Assembly (NCBI GenBank): GCA_030603385.1 | Contig: JAUVXW010000006.1 | Span: 1-64,000 of the forward strand | Source of the DNA: Promethearchaeota archaeon | Lineage (GTDB): Archaea; Asgardarchaeota; Lokiarchaeia; Sigyniarchaeales; SOKP01 | Reading direction: 5' to 3' | DNA length: 64,000 nucleotides | In this document: one piece after another, positions 38,331 to 49,673 of the stretch | Position numbering within the stretch: the stretch's first letter is position 1 | Layout of the letters: every line of letters begins with the position of its first letter | Translations under genes and position numbers: made by a program | The notes under the pieces: generated by a model | The model's input: the letters and a program-made list of their open reading frames with translations, nothing else | What the model was told of the DNA's origin: nothing | The model's database searches: none

Positions 38331-38355
38331 TTTGTCAAATATTTCATTTGACAAA
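38331..38355. promoter_or_regulatory. Perfect 10-bp inverted repeat upstream of the GTPase
   Basis: TTTGTCAAAT-ATTTC-ATTTGACAAA. Confidence 0.45.
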
Positions 38356-38624
38356 AGCGATTTTACCAAATTTCTAATGAAACGCCAGTTGCTTAGAACC
38401 ATTGAATGTAATTGATAACTAAAATAAATTCAATCTTATGTGTTATAAAACTAATGTGATATCGAAATATATATTAAGAATATAATTATCACTTTTTTCT
38501 TTTAATTATCCTTACCTTGAATGTTATTACCTTTAAAGGATTTGAATAACTTATTTTTGTATTCTTTTGTAAAAAGAAGTAATAAAGTAGTGAATAGCGA
38601 ATTTTATATCAATAATAGTTTTGT

Positions 38625-39899
38625 TTAATTAAAAACTGAGTTAAAATCTAAATATAAATTGAATTCTTTTGTTCTATTATTAAAATCTTGTGAAGCATTT
38701 TCTATTATCTTCGTGAGAGTATTATAATTTAGTTCCTTTTTAAACTTTCTATCCCAATTCCACCAATTGGGTAAACCTGTGAAATGTACATTCCATAAAT
38801 GTTCAATATTTCTGTTAGATCTTTTTTCAACCTCTTTTGCGAGTAGAACCCAAAATAAAATAAGATTATTGGAGATTTTGTCATCTTCTCTAATTGGACC
38901 TCTAAAAAATTTATTAAAAGCTAATAACATTAGTATAGCTAAACCATACTTCATTTGGATTTTCATAGTATTAATTAAATATTTCTCTTTCAGATTATCC
39001 CAATTTATTACATCAGTTATTTTTTCTATGTCTTTATTTATACTCTCTTTTACTCTTTCAAAATAAAAATCTTTTGTTAAATATGGTTGAGTATTAATAT
39101 ACTGAAAAATTCGAAGAGCTCCTGCTATTCGCCATTCTATCCATTCTTGAGAATAAGTTAATGCTTTATTCAAAGCCTTTTCTTTATCTGGCCATAAGCT
39201 TAAGATACCTTTTAATTTATTGTTGATTTCATCATAATAATCTGTATAATGATCATAAATTCGAGCATAAGAATAACCTAATATATCAATATATGTGAAA
39301 ATCTCTAATAGATCAATGAATCTATTAATATTATCTATGTTAGTTAATAATTCATTAATCTCTGTATCGTTTAATAACGAATAAACTCCATAAAAAGTAG
39401 ATTCACCTGTATAGATTGTGGCAAATAACAGATGATATTGAATTACTTTATTAATTAGTAGCTTTTCAATATCTGAAAGCCCAAATAGTTCGAGTAAATT
39501 CTCTCCAGAAATCAATTTGTAGCTATGATAAGGATGATCTTTTTTATCAACTAATCTTCCTATATCGTGATACATTAAAATAATTGGGATTATTAACTCG
39601 TTTTGAGAGTCTTGATTCAGCAGTTTTTCTCTAATTACATTTAAAGATTCTTGTGAAAGGGTTTCATGGGAGAACTCTCCATTTTTTATTAGAAAGAATA
39701 TTTTAAACAGTCTAAATATATGTCTTACTGTTCTTTGGAATTCTTCCTTTTCTCCATTATTTCCATCTTGAAAAATTTTCTCTAAGTTCGGAAAAATAGA
39801 TAATAGACGATTGTAATCATTAGATTTATCAATTTCAGAATAAGAATCAATCCAAGAGAGTTCCAAGTTTGAAAATATATTATGAAGCTTATCTATCAT
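38625..39899 (-). CDS. HD-domain protein
   Basis: H...MYHDIG...H...H...D motif order. Confidence 0.75.
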   Translation of the reverse strand: MIDKLHNIFSNLELSWIDSYSEIDKSNDYNRLLSIFPNLEKIFQDGNNGEKEEFQRTVRHIFRLFKIFFLIKNGEFSHETLSQESLNVIREKLLNQDSQNELIIPIILMYHDIGRLVDKKDHPYHSYKLISGENLLELFGLSDIEKLLINKVIQYHLLFATIYTGESTFYGVYSLLNDTEINELLTNIDNINRFIDLLEIFTYIDILGYSYARIYDHYTDYYDEINNKLKGILSLWPDKEKALNKALTYSQEWIEWRIAGALRIFQYINTQPYLTKDFYFERVKESINKDIEKITDVINWDNLKEKYLINTMKIQMKYGLAILMLLAFNKFFRGPIREDDKISNNLILFWVLLAKEVEKRSNRNIEHLWNVHFTGLPNWWNWDRKFKKELNYNTLTKIIENASQDFNNRTKEFNLYLDFNSVFN

Positions 39900-40858
39900 A
39901 ACTTAACAACTCTTTTTTCTAATAATTGAAAGAATGGCTCTATATCAATATTGCCCCCACTTAAAATAATACCAACTTTCATATTATTTACATTAACTTT
40001 CTTTGAGAGTAAGGCTGCCAAAGGAACTGCACCTGAAGGTTCGACTATTAATTTCATCCGTTCCCAAAGAAATCTCATTGCATTGATGATTTCCTTTTCA
40101 GAAACAGTAACTATTTGATCTACAAATTCTCGAATAATATTAAAGGTTCTCTCACAAATTGAAGTTCGCAAACCGTCAGCAATGGTATTTGGATAAGTAC
40201 TTTCTATTATGTAACCTGCTTGAATGGATTGATAGGCATCATCTGCCATTGAAGGCTCAACCCCAAAAACTTGAGCTTTTGGACATAAACCTTTAGCAGC
40301 AAGGGCAGTACCACTCAATAACCCACCACCACCAAGTGGCGCAATTACCATATCTAATTCTCCAATCTCTTTTATTAATTCATATGCTGCTGTTCCTTGC
40401 CCACATATTATATTGTTATCATCATATGGATGAATTAGAAAATAATGATATTTTTCAATTAACTTTTCAGTAGTTTGAGATCTAGCTTCTAGTGTATTAT
40501 CGCAAAATATGATTTCAGCACCATAATTCTTAGTAGCATTAATCTTATTTGCGGGAGCTCCTTTTGGCATTACAATTGTGGCATGAATACCTAATATCGA
40601 AGCCGCAAGCGCAACAGCTTGGGCGTGATTACCACTTGAGTGTGTAATAACCCCAGTTTTCTTTTCTTCTTCTGAAAGTAAACTTAATGCATAATAGGCT
40701 CCGCGAAATTTAAACGCCCCAACTCTTTGAAAATTTTCACATTTAAAATATATTTCTGCTTGTAATTTTGAATTTAATGTCCTTGAAGTCATTACTGGAG
40801 TTTTATTTGCAACATCACTAATTTTCATAGATGCTTCTTTTATTCCCTGAAACGACAT
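39896..40858 (-). CDS. PLP-dependent serine/threonine dehydratase / serine racemase family
   Basis: KCENFQRVGAFKFRGA, SSGNHAQ, GGGGLLSG, EPSGA, SGGN. Confidence 0.93.
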   Translation of the reverse strand: MSFQGIKEASMKISDVANKTPVMTSRTLNSKLQAEIYFKCENFQRVGAFKFRGAYYALSLLSEEEKKTGVITHSSGNHAQAVALAASILGIHATIVMPKGAPANKINATKNYGAEIIFCDNTLEARSQTTEKLIEKYHYFLIHPYDDNNIICGQGTAAYELIKEIGELDMVIAPLGGGGLLSGTALAAKGLCPKAQVFGVEPSMADDAYQSIQAGYIIESTYPNTIADGLRTSICERTFNIIREFVDQIVTVSEKEIINAMRFLWERMKLIVEPSGAVPLAALLSKKVNVNNMKVGIILSGGNIDIEPFFQLLEKRVVKL

Positions 40859-40955
40859 TAATATTCTAACTATTAATTTCTAAATTATATTTTTAAAAGT
40901 CTCTTAGGGATATAAGTATTTAGAATAATTAAGAAATTATAACTCTAATCGAAGT

Positions 40956-41069
40956 TCAAGGTCCCCAACTGATAATTTTTTCCCTGTTGGACTTAATTTT
41001 TAGCCTTGCAATTTTATGATAATTACGCCTAGTAATTCTACGTAAGGTTATTGCCTTGATATTATTCAA
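40956..41069 (-). pseudogene. Possible remnant of a GNAT acetyltransferase N-terminus
   Basis: 37-codon frame MNNIKAITLRRITRRNYHKIARLKIKSNREKII resembles the 'ITLREITRENW..I..L.V' GNAT start, then stops. Confidence 0.3.
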
Positions 41070-41108
41070 TGGGGTGTTCTCATCTGTCGTGCTTATAATA
41101 AATCCTTT

Positions 41109-42104
41109 TTAAACTTCTAAAAGAATCTTAACAAAATCTCTTTCTCTTGGTTCGACATATTTTTCGAAAGCTTTTTGGGCATCTTTTAAGGGAACTACTT
41201 CAGATATAAATTCATTGGCTTCTACATTATAATTAACAAATATATCAATAGCTGCTAAGATATCTTCACGATCATGACCTAAGCATCCTTTTAAAGTAAC
41301 TTCTTTGGAGTTTATCATAAAGAAGGGAAAGGGGATACTCCCCTTATGGATTCCCTCAAGTACAATTGTTCCCCCTCTTTTTATTAAAAAAATTGAATCT
41401 GATAACGTTTCTTGATTTCCAACACAATCAAAAATGAATGTAGGTTCTCCTAGATTTTTTATCGTCTTTTTTATTTTAGCTCTTCTTGGAGGTACTGCTG
41501 CGGTTGCTCCAAATTGTATTGCTTTATTTCTTAAAAATTCTTGCGGTTCAACTACAACTACATAGTTTGGATCTTTCAGAATTAATAAAGCTTTTAAAGT
41601 AGTTAAACCCACACTACCTCCTCCAAATATTAATATTTTTTCCTTATCTTTAATTTTTGTTAGTTTAAACGCTCTAATCGCTAGTGAAAATGTTTCAATC
41701 AAAACTGCTTCTTTTATTGATATTTTTGACGGAATTTTAAATACCCATTCTTTTGGCACTTTAACATATTCTGCAAATCCCCCATCCTGAAATGTACCTA
41801 ATCCCTTTAGTTTACCCTCACTAAGATCAAGTGAAACAGTAAAACATACAACCTTGTCTGCTATTTTTACTTCAGAAACATTCTCTCCTATCTCTGCAAC
41901 TTCACCTGCTATTTCATGTCCCATTACTAAAGGAACCTGATACATTTTATATTTAAAATTTGTTATATCCGACCCACAAATACCACAGTAATGAACTTTA
42001 ACTAAGACCTCATCAAAACCGAGAGTTGGTTTCGGATAATTTTCTCTATACACAATTTTTTGAATATCCTCAAAAACTGCTGCTTTAATTGCTTTTCTCC
42101 TCAA
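41109..42104 (-). CDS. Zn-dependent medium-chain alcohol dehydrogenase; true start may be ATT at 42089
   Basis: GICGSD, GHE, GGFAEY, GGGSVG; lacks the structural-Zn CxxCxxC lobe. Confidence 0.92.
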   Translation of the reverse strand: MRRKAIKAAVFEDIQKIVYRENYPKPTLGFDEVLVKVHYCGICGSDITNFKYKMYQVPLVMGHEIAGEVAEIGENVSEVKIADKVVCFTVSLDLSEGKLKGLGTFQDGGFAEYVKVPKEWVFKIPSKISIKEAVLIETFSLAIRAFKLTKIKDKEKILIFGGGSVGLTTLKALLILKDPNYVVVVEPQEFLRNKAIQFGATAAVPPRRAKIKKTIKNLGEPTFIFDCVGNQETLSDSIFLIKRGGTIVLEGIHKGSIPFPFFMINSKEVTLKGCLGHDREDILAAIDIFVNYNVEANEFISEVVPLKDAQKAFEKYVEPRERDFVKILLEV

Positions 42105-42447
42105 ATTAGTTTTAGTTGTACAAGATTACGTTTTAATAAGTTTTTCACTATTAATCCAATATTAAAATTTTTAACCCAATAAAATTTTCGTTTATGTGAA
42201 TGAAATCTAACACATAAACTTAAAGGATAAATAAAAATTAAATATTTTTTTTCAATTATTCTGTCTTTAATTTGATTAGTTTTACGAGATATGATATTGC
42301 TAAAAAGGAAATACAAAAAAGATTCCCATTTCAATTATTATATCGTAATTAATATTTTAAAAACAATGTTTTTAAGTAAATAGGTTGAATATATTTCATT
42401 TATTTTTTTCATTTATAAGTTTTTAAAATTCTTAGGAGGTTTAAGAT

Positions 42448-43677
42448 TTGAAAAAAAGACTTTATTCACTTGATTTTTTTCGAGGAATAGCTATCATTAT
42501 GGTTATTATCTTTCATAGACTTATGTATGATTGGCCAGGTTCAGAATTTTTTTTTACAGATCCAAAGGGATTTCTTAAAATACCTTGGTTTACAGCAATA
42601 ATGTTCTTTGCGGGAATGGGAGGTATTTTTTCATTAATTAGTGGAGTCGTCACAGCATATTCAACTCATAATCGAATAACTTCAGGAAAAGCTAATAAAA
42701 AAATGATTTTATATGCTGGTCTTTTTTCTTTTTTATGGTTAGCATTAGTAGATTATATAAGAAAATTCCTATTTAGCACTAAGAGCTATTTTGAAGGAAA
42801 ATTTTATAATGGGTTAATCACAGGTTCGCTTTTAGAAGGAGAATTAGTCATCCCACATTTGGAATTATTATACTATACGAGCACTTTGATGATAATCGGG
42901 CTTTCTGGATTTGTCGTACCTGTTATAATGATATTACTGTCTCGTAAGGGTGGTCTTGAAAAAGTACGTCGTAATAAAATTATTCTTGGAACTCTTGCGG
43001 GTGTAATACTAATTGCAACCCCATTTTTGTCATTTACGCTCGAGCCAATCGTGGAGGATTTATTTATCAGCCGTAATTATTTAGGAGGTTTTCTTTTGGC
43101 ATTAATCGTTTCTCCATATTTCCCAATTTTCCCCATTATCGCTTATGCACTACTCGGAGGTATATTAGGAATCTCCTTAGCTAGAGATGAAAACAAACGT
43201 AAAATAACCATTTTCTGGTTAGTGTTTGGATTTGCTTTGTTAAGTATTGGAAACTACATTCTATTAACGTTTCTAATTCGTTTCGAGGTCTATAATTATA
43301 ATTTCGTTCGATTTATGCAATTAGGAGTCTATCTTATGATTATTATTATTTTACTAAGATTAATAGATTTCAAGCCAGAAGAAAAACAAGAGAAGATTGT
43401 AAAAAAAGTAAGCCCTATTATCATGTTTGGGAGAGCATCACTAACTATTTTTGTCTTTGAAGCCATTGTTGCAACCATATTTCATGTGATTCTCGATTCT
43501 ATACTGCCTGATTGGAATACAGAAGCTTATGTAGTGTTGATATTTGGTCTTTTCAATCTAGCTTTTTGGTATTTAATATTACACTTCTGGAAGAAGAAAG
43601 ACTTTAAAGGTTCAGTTGAATGGACGGGAGTATATATTATCAGAAAACTCTCTGGAATTGGAAAAAAAGAACCATAA
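42448..43677 (+). CDS. Polytopic membrane protein, HGSNAT/acyltransferase-3/DUF418-like
   Basis: RLYSLDFFRGIAI..VI..H, FPIFP, GRASLTIF, GSVEW. Confidence 0.78.
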   Translation: MKKRLYSLDFFRGIAIIMVIIFHRLMYDWPGSEFFFTDPKGFLKIPWFTAIMFFAGMGGIFSLISGVVTAYSTHNRITSGKANKKMILYAGLFSFLWLALVDYIRKFLFSTKSYFEGKFYNGLITGSLLEGELVIPHLELLYYTSTLMIIGLSGFVVPVIMILLSRKGGLEKVRRNKIILGTLAGVILIATPFLSFTLEPIVEDLFISRNYLGGFLLALIVSPYFPIFPIIAYALLGGILGISLARDENKRKITIFWLVFGFALLSIGNYILLTFLIRFEVYNYNFVRFMQLGVYLMIIIILLRLIDFKPEEKQEKIVKKVSPIIMFGRASLTIFVFEAIVATIFHVILDSILPDWNTEAYVVLIFGLFNLAFWYLILHFWKKKDFKGSVEWTGVYIIRKLSGIGKKEP

Positions 43678-43825
43678 AATAATTAATTCAAGTAACTTTT
43701 TCCACTTTTTTTTATATAAAATTTAGATAAACACGCTTAAATTTCTTTAATATAACCCGAAAAATTAAAAACTATTTTTAACTCATATTTAATATTTTAA
43801 TTCTAAAACATTAGGAAATAGCAGA

Positions 43826-44452
43826 ATGTTTTCTATTTGTACCGCCTATATTGAAGATGGAAAATTAGAAGAGACAATAAAACAATATGCTGAGTCAGAG
43901 AAAAAATTTACAGAAGAAATTGGTGTTCTTTTTCGTAAATTCTTTCAATGTCAGATACAACCTCACATTATTTGGTCGATTACAGAATGGGAGTCTGAAA
44001 AAGCTCATCATGATGCAGCTCAATCAATTATGGGAGTTAGGCGAGATGATCGTTTCGCTGCAATAGCTTTTGGTCCTGAGCCTTATTTTGAAATATTCTG
44101 TAATGAAGATGAGTCGCTTACAATTGGAAAGTTTTCAGAAAAATTTCAAATAGTAATTGTTATCCATGGTCTTATTAGCGAAAAAGCCAAAGAGAAATAT
44201 TTGGAAATTAGAAAAGAAAGAATAAGAGAGTATAGAGCACAACTTCAATGGTTAAGTGTTTTTTATAATACCTATAATTCAAATGAGTTTGTAGCATTTA
44301 TGGGATTTAATTCTGAGGAATATTTTAATAAAATTCGAAAAATTGATGATTATTTTTTAGAAGAATATCTATTTACAGGATTAAGAAACACTCTTGGAAT
44401 GTCTTATATAGCTAATTATAATCAATTTATATGTAAACCTATATTATTCTAG
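43826..44452 (+). CDS. Hypothetical protein, ABM/dimeric alpha+beta barrel-like
   Basis: TEWESEKAH motif typical of ABM domains; apparent two-domain repeat. Confidence 0.6.
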   Translation: MFSICTAYIEDGKLEETIKQYAESEKKFTEEIGVLFRKFFQCQIQPHIIWSITEWESEKAHHDAAQSIMGVRRDDRFAAIAFGPEPYFEIFCNEDESLTIGKFSEKFQIVIVIHGLISEKAKEKYLEIRKERIREYRAQLQWLSVFYNTYNSNEFVAFMGFNSEEYFNKIRKIDDYFLEEYLFTGLRNTLGMSYIANYNQFICKPILF

Positions 44453-44461
44453 GTAATTATT

Positions 44462-44704
44462 ATGAGACCTCCTATATGCAAAATCTGTGATAAAAACTTA
44501 GAAGAAAAAGATGACGGAGGTTTAATTTATTTTAAAAAACGCCAGTCTGATGTAGAATGGGAGAAAAGGATGGAAGAAATTGGAGGAGTAGGACATCCTC
44601 CCTACGCAGAATGGTTCTGCAAGAAACATTTTAAGAAGGCAAATGAGTTAAGACACTTACCCATTGATGAAGCCTTAAAAAATCTAATGCTTGAAGGGAC
44701 CTAA
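44462..44704 (+). CDS. Small Zn-finger protein
   Basis: MRPPICKIC...GHP...EWFCKKH. Confidence 0.75.
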   Translation: MRPPICKICDKNLEEKDDGGLIYFKKRQSDVEWEKRMEEIGGVGHPPYAEWFCKKHFKKANELRHLPIDEALKNLMLEGT

Positions 44705-45118
44705 TTCTTTAATTTGGTTTGTAAATTCAGTTATTACTTCAGCAAATCGCTTACCCTCAGAGGCGCTTACCCATTCCAAGCGTACCCGCTTTGGGTTTAT
44801 ACCTAATTGCTTGATTAAAATGGTATGCAATCTTTCGAATCTTTCTTTAGTGTACTCATTTCCAGAAATGTAATGACAATCGCCTATATGACATCCACTA
44901 ACGAGAACTCCATCAGCACCATTCTTTAAAGCTTTAAGAACAAATGAAGGATCTACTCTTCCAGAGCACATGACTCTTATTACTCTAATATTTGGAGGAT
45001 ATTGGAATCGTGAAACCCCTGCCAAATCTGCTCCTGCATAACTACACCAATTGCAACAAAAAACTAAAAGATGGGGTTCAAATCCTTCTTTACTTTCTTT
45101 TGACTTTGATTTAGACAT
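44684..45118 (-). CDS. mvhD: MvhD/FlpD hydrogenase iron-sulfur subunit
   Basis: [37 protein letters not shown]. Confidence 0.95.
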   Translation of the reverse strand: MSKSKSKESKEGFEPHLLVFCCNWCSYAGADLAGVSRFQYPPNIRVIRVMCSGRVDPSFVLKALKNGADGVLVSGCHIGDCHYISGNEYTKERFERLHTILIKQLGINPKRVRLEWVSASEGKRFAEVITEFTNQIKELGPFKH

Positions 45119-45136
45119 GATTTTACACCTTAATAA

Positions 45137-48100
45137 TTAATTTTCTACTTCCTCCTTTTCTAATAAATAAGAATCTATCATAGCTGAAATTTGGTCAAAA
45201 TCATAATGTTTTACCATAATTGCTCCAACTGGACATGTAGCCGCGCAAGTTCCGCATCCTTTACATAGTGCTGAATTAATGGTAGATTTTGTAACAATAA
45301 TACTAATATCTTCAAAATCTTTAGTTATTTCTATAAGTTCTATTGCTTTATATGGGCAAATTTCTTCACATTTGCCACATCCTATGCATTTATCCGGGTT
45401 TACTTCAGCTACCAAACCCGAAGTTGTAATCTCCTTCGCGCTTAGAAATCTGCTTGCTCTTCCTGCTGCCCCATTCGCTTGAGAAATTGAATCTTGAATG
45501 TTTTTTGGCCATTGCGCACATCCACATAAGAAGACACCATCAGTGGCAAAATCTAAAGGTCTTAATTTGACATGTGCTTCCAAGAAAAATCCTGTTCTAT
45601 CTAAGGGAACCTTAAGCATCTTTGCTAATTCTTCTAAATTATCTGCAGGCACCATAGGAGTTGCTAAAACAATCATATTCGTGTCATATGCAATTTCATC
45701 CTGCAAATTTGTATCAAACACTTTAATTCCGTATTTTCCTTGACTTTTCTTTTTAACTTCTGGTAGATTCTCTAAATCATATCTTAAGAACATCGCATCT
45801 TTTCTTCTATTTCGATAATATTCTTCAAATTCTTTTTTAGCCATTTGAAGATCCCTGTAAAGTACGACGATTTCTAACTCTGGTCTTAATTGTTTTAAAA
45901 TGCTAATGTTTTTAATTGAAGTCCCGCAACACACATTTGAACAGTAGGTTATTCCTTCTTTTTGTCTTGCATTAGTACATAAAATAAATGTTACTCGATT
46001 AACTTTATCAAGCCACGACTTGTCTGAATTTTGAAGTTTTTGTTCTAGTTCTAATTGAGTAATTACATCGTTGTTTTTATTTCCATATTGAAATAATCCA
46101 TGCGGTTTGAATTCTTGAGCTCCAGTGGCCACAATAATAGTCCCAATTTTCAATTCTTTGAGGTCTTTTCCAGAATTGCTAATTGAAACCTCATAATTTC
46201 CAACAAAACCAATAATTGAGTTTATTTTTGACTTTAGTAAGACTTCAATATTCTTATGGTTCTTAGTTTTTTCTGTAATTTCTTTTAAGAAGATTGAAGC
46301 ATCCTCTTGAATAGGATATAATATATTTAAGTTATTTAGATTCCCACCCAATTTTTCTTCTTTTTCAACTAGATAAGTTTTAAACCCTTGATCTGCTAAA
46401 TTTAAGGCTGCGGTCATACCTGAAACACCACCACCTATTATTAAGCCTGTTGGCGTGATTTCCAGTTTTTCTTCTGGTTGTGGTTTGATCAGTCGAGCTT
46501 TCGCTACTGCCATTCTCAATAAATCCTTGGACTTTTCTGTAGCAGCCTCCTTCTCCGTCATATGAACCCATGAGCATTGGTCGCGAATATTAACCATCTC
46601 GAATAAATACTTGTTCATTCCTGCTTCTTGACAAGTTTCCTGAAATAATGGTTCATGAGTTCGAGGTGTACATGATGCTACTATAAATCTATTCAAATCT
46701 TTTTCTAGAATCAATTCTTTAATTCTTTCTTGAGAATCAGGACTACAAGAATATAAATTATCTTCACAATGTACTACATTTGGTAATGTCTTGATATAAT
46801 CTCTTACTTCAGGGACATCCACATATTTGCCTATATTAATCCCACAATGACAAATTAATACGCCAATTCTTGGTTCATCAGTGATCTTAACTTCTCTTTC
46901 AGCTATATCAAACACTTTATCTTTTACTTCAGTGAATTTTACAGTATTTAGTAAAGTTGCTACTTGGGAAGCTACCCCACTAGCATCTGCTACAGTTTCT
47001 GGTATATCCATAGGGCCTTGAGCAAATCCACATAAGAAAATACCCTCTTTTGAAGATAAAGACTTATTAAAATAAGATTTTTCTTTATAGAAATCATAAT
47101 GATCTAATTCAATATTTAGAATCTTCGATAAACCATGAGTACCCTTTGATGGTACTAATGGGGTAGCTAATACTACTAAATTAGCTCTGAAATCTTTAAA
47201 TTCTCCAGTTTTTAAATCTTCATAATGAATAATTAAATCATTTGTCTCAGGATCTTCTCCAATTGTGCTTATCTTTGTTTGGAAATATTTTACACCATAT
47301 TCATCTTGAGCTCTCTGGGTAAATTCATAGAAATTTTTACCATAGGCCCGTATATCATGTCTAAATACAAAACATTGAGAGTGTTCAGAATGTTCTTTCG
47401 TTATTATAGCCTCTTTAGCCGTGTACATACAGCAAACTGATGAACAATATGGGACATTTTCATGTAAATCTCTTGATCCTGCACATTGAATAAATGCTAT
47501 TATTTCGGGTTCTTTTTCATCGCTTGGGCGCAAAACATGCCCTCCAAATGGACCACTTGCACAAAGAATTCGTTCGTATTCAAGTGCATTTACAACATTT
47601 TGGTGATGATACCCCCATCGAGAAGATAATTCTTCTGCAAACATTTCAAACCCAGTTGCGACGACAATTGCACCAACTTTAATTTCAATATCTTGAGGTT
47701 GTTGTTCATAATCTATCGCTTCTGCTTCGCATACTTTTTCACAGACTCCACATACCCCTTTAGTGAACTTTAAACACAACTCAGGGTCGATTAAATAAAT
47801 CGGGGGCACAGCTTGGGGAAAGGGAATATATACTGATTTTCTTTTTCCTAAATTCATATCGAAAATATTTCCGACTTCAATTTTGGGACATTTCGTAGCA
47901 CAGTCTCCACATCCCTTACACTTCGTTTCATCAATATACCGAGGTTTTTTTAAAACTGTGACTGTGAAATCTCCTGGTTCTCCTTCAACTTTTTTGACCT
48001 CATGATAGGCCATTAATTCTATATTAGGATTTCGGAATACTTCAACCATTTTTGGTGCTAATATACAGAGAGAACAATCATTTGTAGGAAAAGTTTTATC

Positions 48101-48232
48101 TAATTGAGCCATTCTCCCACCTATTGACGGTGTCTTTTCCACTAAATAAACTTTAAGACCTAATTCAGTAAGATCTAATGAAGTTTGAATTCCGGCAATC
48201 CCCCCACCAATTACTAAAACTGAACCTTCCAT
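45137..48232 (-). CDS. hdrA: Large heterodisulfide reductase subunit A-like flavoprotein (two FAD modules)
   Basis: GGGIAG, KTFPTNDC, QCAGSRD, YCSSVCC, CHCG, ASCTPRTH, GGGVSG, C-terminal 2x[4Fe-4S]. Confidence 0.95.
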   Translation of the reverse strand: MEGSVLVIGGGIAGIQTSLDLTELGLKVYLVEKTPSIGGRMAQLDKTFPTNDCSLCILAPKMVEVFRNPNIELMAYHEVKKVEGEPGDFTVTVLKKPRYIDETKCKGCGDCATKCPKIEVGNIFDMNLGKRKSVYIPFPQAVPPIYLIDPELCLKFTKGVCGVCEKVCEAEAIDYEQQPQDIEIKVGAIVVATGFEMFAEELSSRWGYHHQNVVNALEYERILCASGPFGGHVLRPSDEKEPEIIAFIQCAGSRDLHENVPYCSSVCCMYTAKEAIITKEHSEHSQCFVFRHDIRAYGKNFYEFTQRAQDEYGVKYFQTKISTIGEDPETNDLIIHYEDLKTGEFKDFRANLVVLATPLVPSKGTHGLSKILNIELDHYDFYKEKSYFNKSLSSKEGIFLCGFAQGPMDIPETVADASGVASQVATLLNTVKFTEVKDKVFDIAEREVKITDEPRIGVLICHCGINIGKYVDVPEVRDYIKTLPNVVHCEDNLYSCSPDSQERIKELILEKDLNRFIVASCTPRTHEPLFQETCQEAGMNKYLFEMVNIRDQCSWVHMTEKEAATEKSKDLLRMAVAKARLIKPQPEEKLEITPTGLIIGGGVSGMTAALNLADQGFKTYLVEKEEKLGGNLNNLNILYPIQEDASIFLKEITEKTKNHKNIEVLLKSKINSIIGFVGNYEVSISNSGKDLKELKIGTIIVATGAQEFKPHGLFQYGNKNNDVITQLELEQKLQNSDKSWLDKVNRVTFILCTNARQKEGITYCSNVCCGTSIKNISILKQLRPELEIVVLYRDLQMAKKEFEEYYRNRRKDAMFLRYDLENLPEVKKKSQGKYGIKVFDTNLQDEIAYDTNMIVLATPMVPADNLEELAKMLKVPLDRTGFFLEAHVKLRPLDFATDGVFLCGCAQWPKNIQDSISQANGAAGRASRFLSAKEITTSGLVAEVNPDKCIGCGKCEEICPYKAIELIEITKDFEDISIIVTKSTINSALCKGCGTCAATCPVGAIMVKHYDFDQISAMIDSYLLEKEEVEN

Positions 48233-49530
48233 TATTCCTTTTCCTCCAGTGTCTTAATGGGATCTATTATATTTATTAAATCTACTAAAAACTCAGAAAA
48301 ATCCAATATTTCTATTGAGGAAATATCTTCATAATCATTTTGTAAACATGATAAATGAATTTTACATTTTGGGCATGATGTAATCATTATTTCCCCTACA
48401 TCTTTTGCTTCTAGCATTCTTTTATACCGTAAAGCTTTTGATCGCTCATTACAATTCATCCAAGAACTTACGCCACAACATAATGAATCTGATTTATTAT
48501 GTGCCATTTCTTTAAACTCATATCCTATTTCTTTTAAATGAGTAAAAATTTTGCGTACATTTTCTATTATATTACTATCTTTAGGCAAAAATCTACTCAA
48601 TCGGCACGGATCATGATAAGTAAATTTTATTTTTTCTTCTGATTCATTTGGATTTTTAAATTCAATCTTTTTATTTTGCCATTTTTCATAGATATATTCA
48701 ATTAAATGCTTTACTTGAAATTTATCTTTGAAATCTTCAAATAGATTTTGATAATCTACTTTTAACGTTCTATAACATTCTGCACAAGCAGTGATAATTG
48801 TTGTAGCTCCTGTTTCTTCAATTCTCTGAACATTCTTTTTTGCTAAATCAATAAAAGCATTAAGTTTTCCTTGGCCCCAATACAAATCATGTCCGCAACA
48901 AATTTCGTCTTTAAGAACTACAATCGGTTCTTTTTCAATTTGACATAGAATTTTCAAAGTACTTTCTGCTATAGAATCTGAATTTTCGAACTCAAAATTA
49001 AAGTATGGTAAACATCCAACATAATATAGAATATTTCCCTGATTTGACGTTTTACATTCTTTAGGAACCCATTCAAGAGATCTTTCTGGCTTTATATGTG
49101 GTTCACTCATAATTTCTGAGATGGTTGTATATACACCTTTATGAGCTATATACTCATCAGGATTTTGGCCATTAGAAGTTCTCATTTTATACTTTGCCAT
49201 TCTTACAATATCTGCGAAATTTATTCCCTCAGGACAATTCTGAAGACAGGTATTACATGTAAGACAATCCCACAAAATACCACTATCAATAATTTTATCT
49301 TCAAAACCCTCTAAAATCATTTGGATTATTCTACTTGGTTCAAAGCTTTGAACCCGACTGAGTTGGCATACACCACTACAACGAACACATTGATAACACC
49401 GATATAATAATTTTCTTATATTCGGTTCATAAATTTTTTCAAGATAAGAACTATTATCGCTGCTAGGTTCTTTTGAATCATCTACTTTCTCAATCTCAGT
49501 AATAACATTCACTTTTTTCAGTTTATTCAA
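48232..49530 (-). CDS. HdrD/GlpC-like Fe-S oxidoreductase (HdrC-like + two CCG domains)
   Basis: CYQCVRCSGVC, CLTCNTCLQNCP, YYVGC..CCG..CAEC, HDPC..CCG..CPKC. Confidence 0.92.
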   Translation of the reverse strand: MNKLKKVNVITEIEKVDDSKEPSSDNSSYLEKIYEPNIRKLLYRCYQCVRCSGVCQLSRVQSFEPSRIIQMILEGFEDKIIDSGILWDCLTCNTCLQNCPEGINFADIVRMAKYKMRTSNGQNPDEYIAHKGVYTTISEIMSEPHIKPERSLEWVPKECKTSNQGNILYYVGCLPYFNFEFENSDSIAESTLKILCQIEKEPIVVLKDEICCGHDLYWGQGKLNAFIDLAKKNVQRIEETGATTIITACAECYRTLKVDYQNLFEDFKDKFQVKHLIEYIYEKWQNKKIEFKNPNESEEKIKFTYHDPCRLSRFLPKDSNIIENVRKIFTHLKEIGYEFKEMAHNKSDSLCCGVSSWMNCNERSKALRYKRMLEAKDVGEIMITSCPKCKIHLSCLQNDYEDISSIEILDFSEFLVDLINIIDPIKTLEEKE

Positions 49531-49673
49531 GACTTAATAATTTGAACCTATATTGCATAGAAAAAAAATGGAAACCATTTATTTTTTCTGATTAGTTTTC
49601 ATAACTCTATTGTCAAACAAGAAAGAATATAGATGAAAAATTAGGATTTCTTTTTTCTTTCTTTAATCAAATT

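Noticed and set aside
42101-42334. 77-aa ORF upstream of the dehydrogenase
   Set aside because: It lies in a very AT-rich divergent promoter region, has K/I/F-biased composition and no motif, so it is likely spurious.
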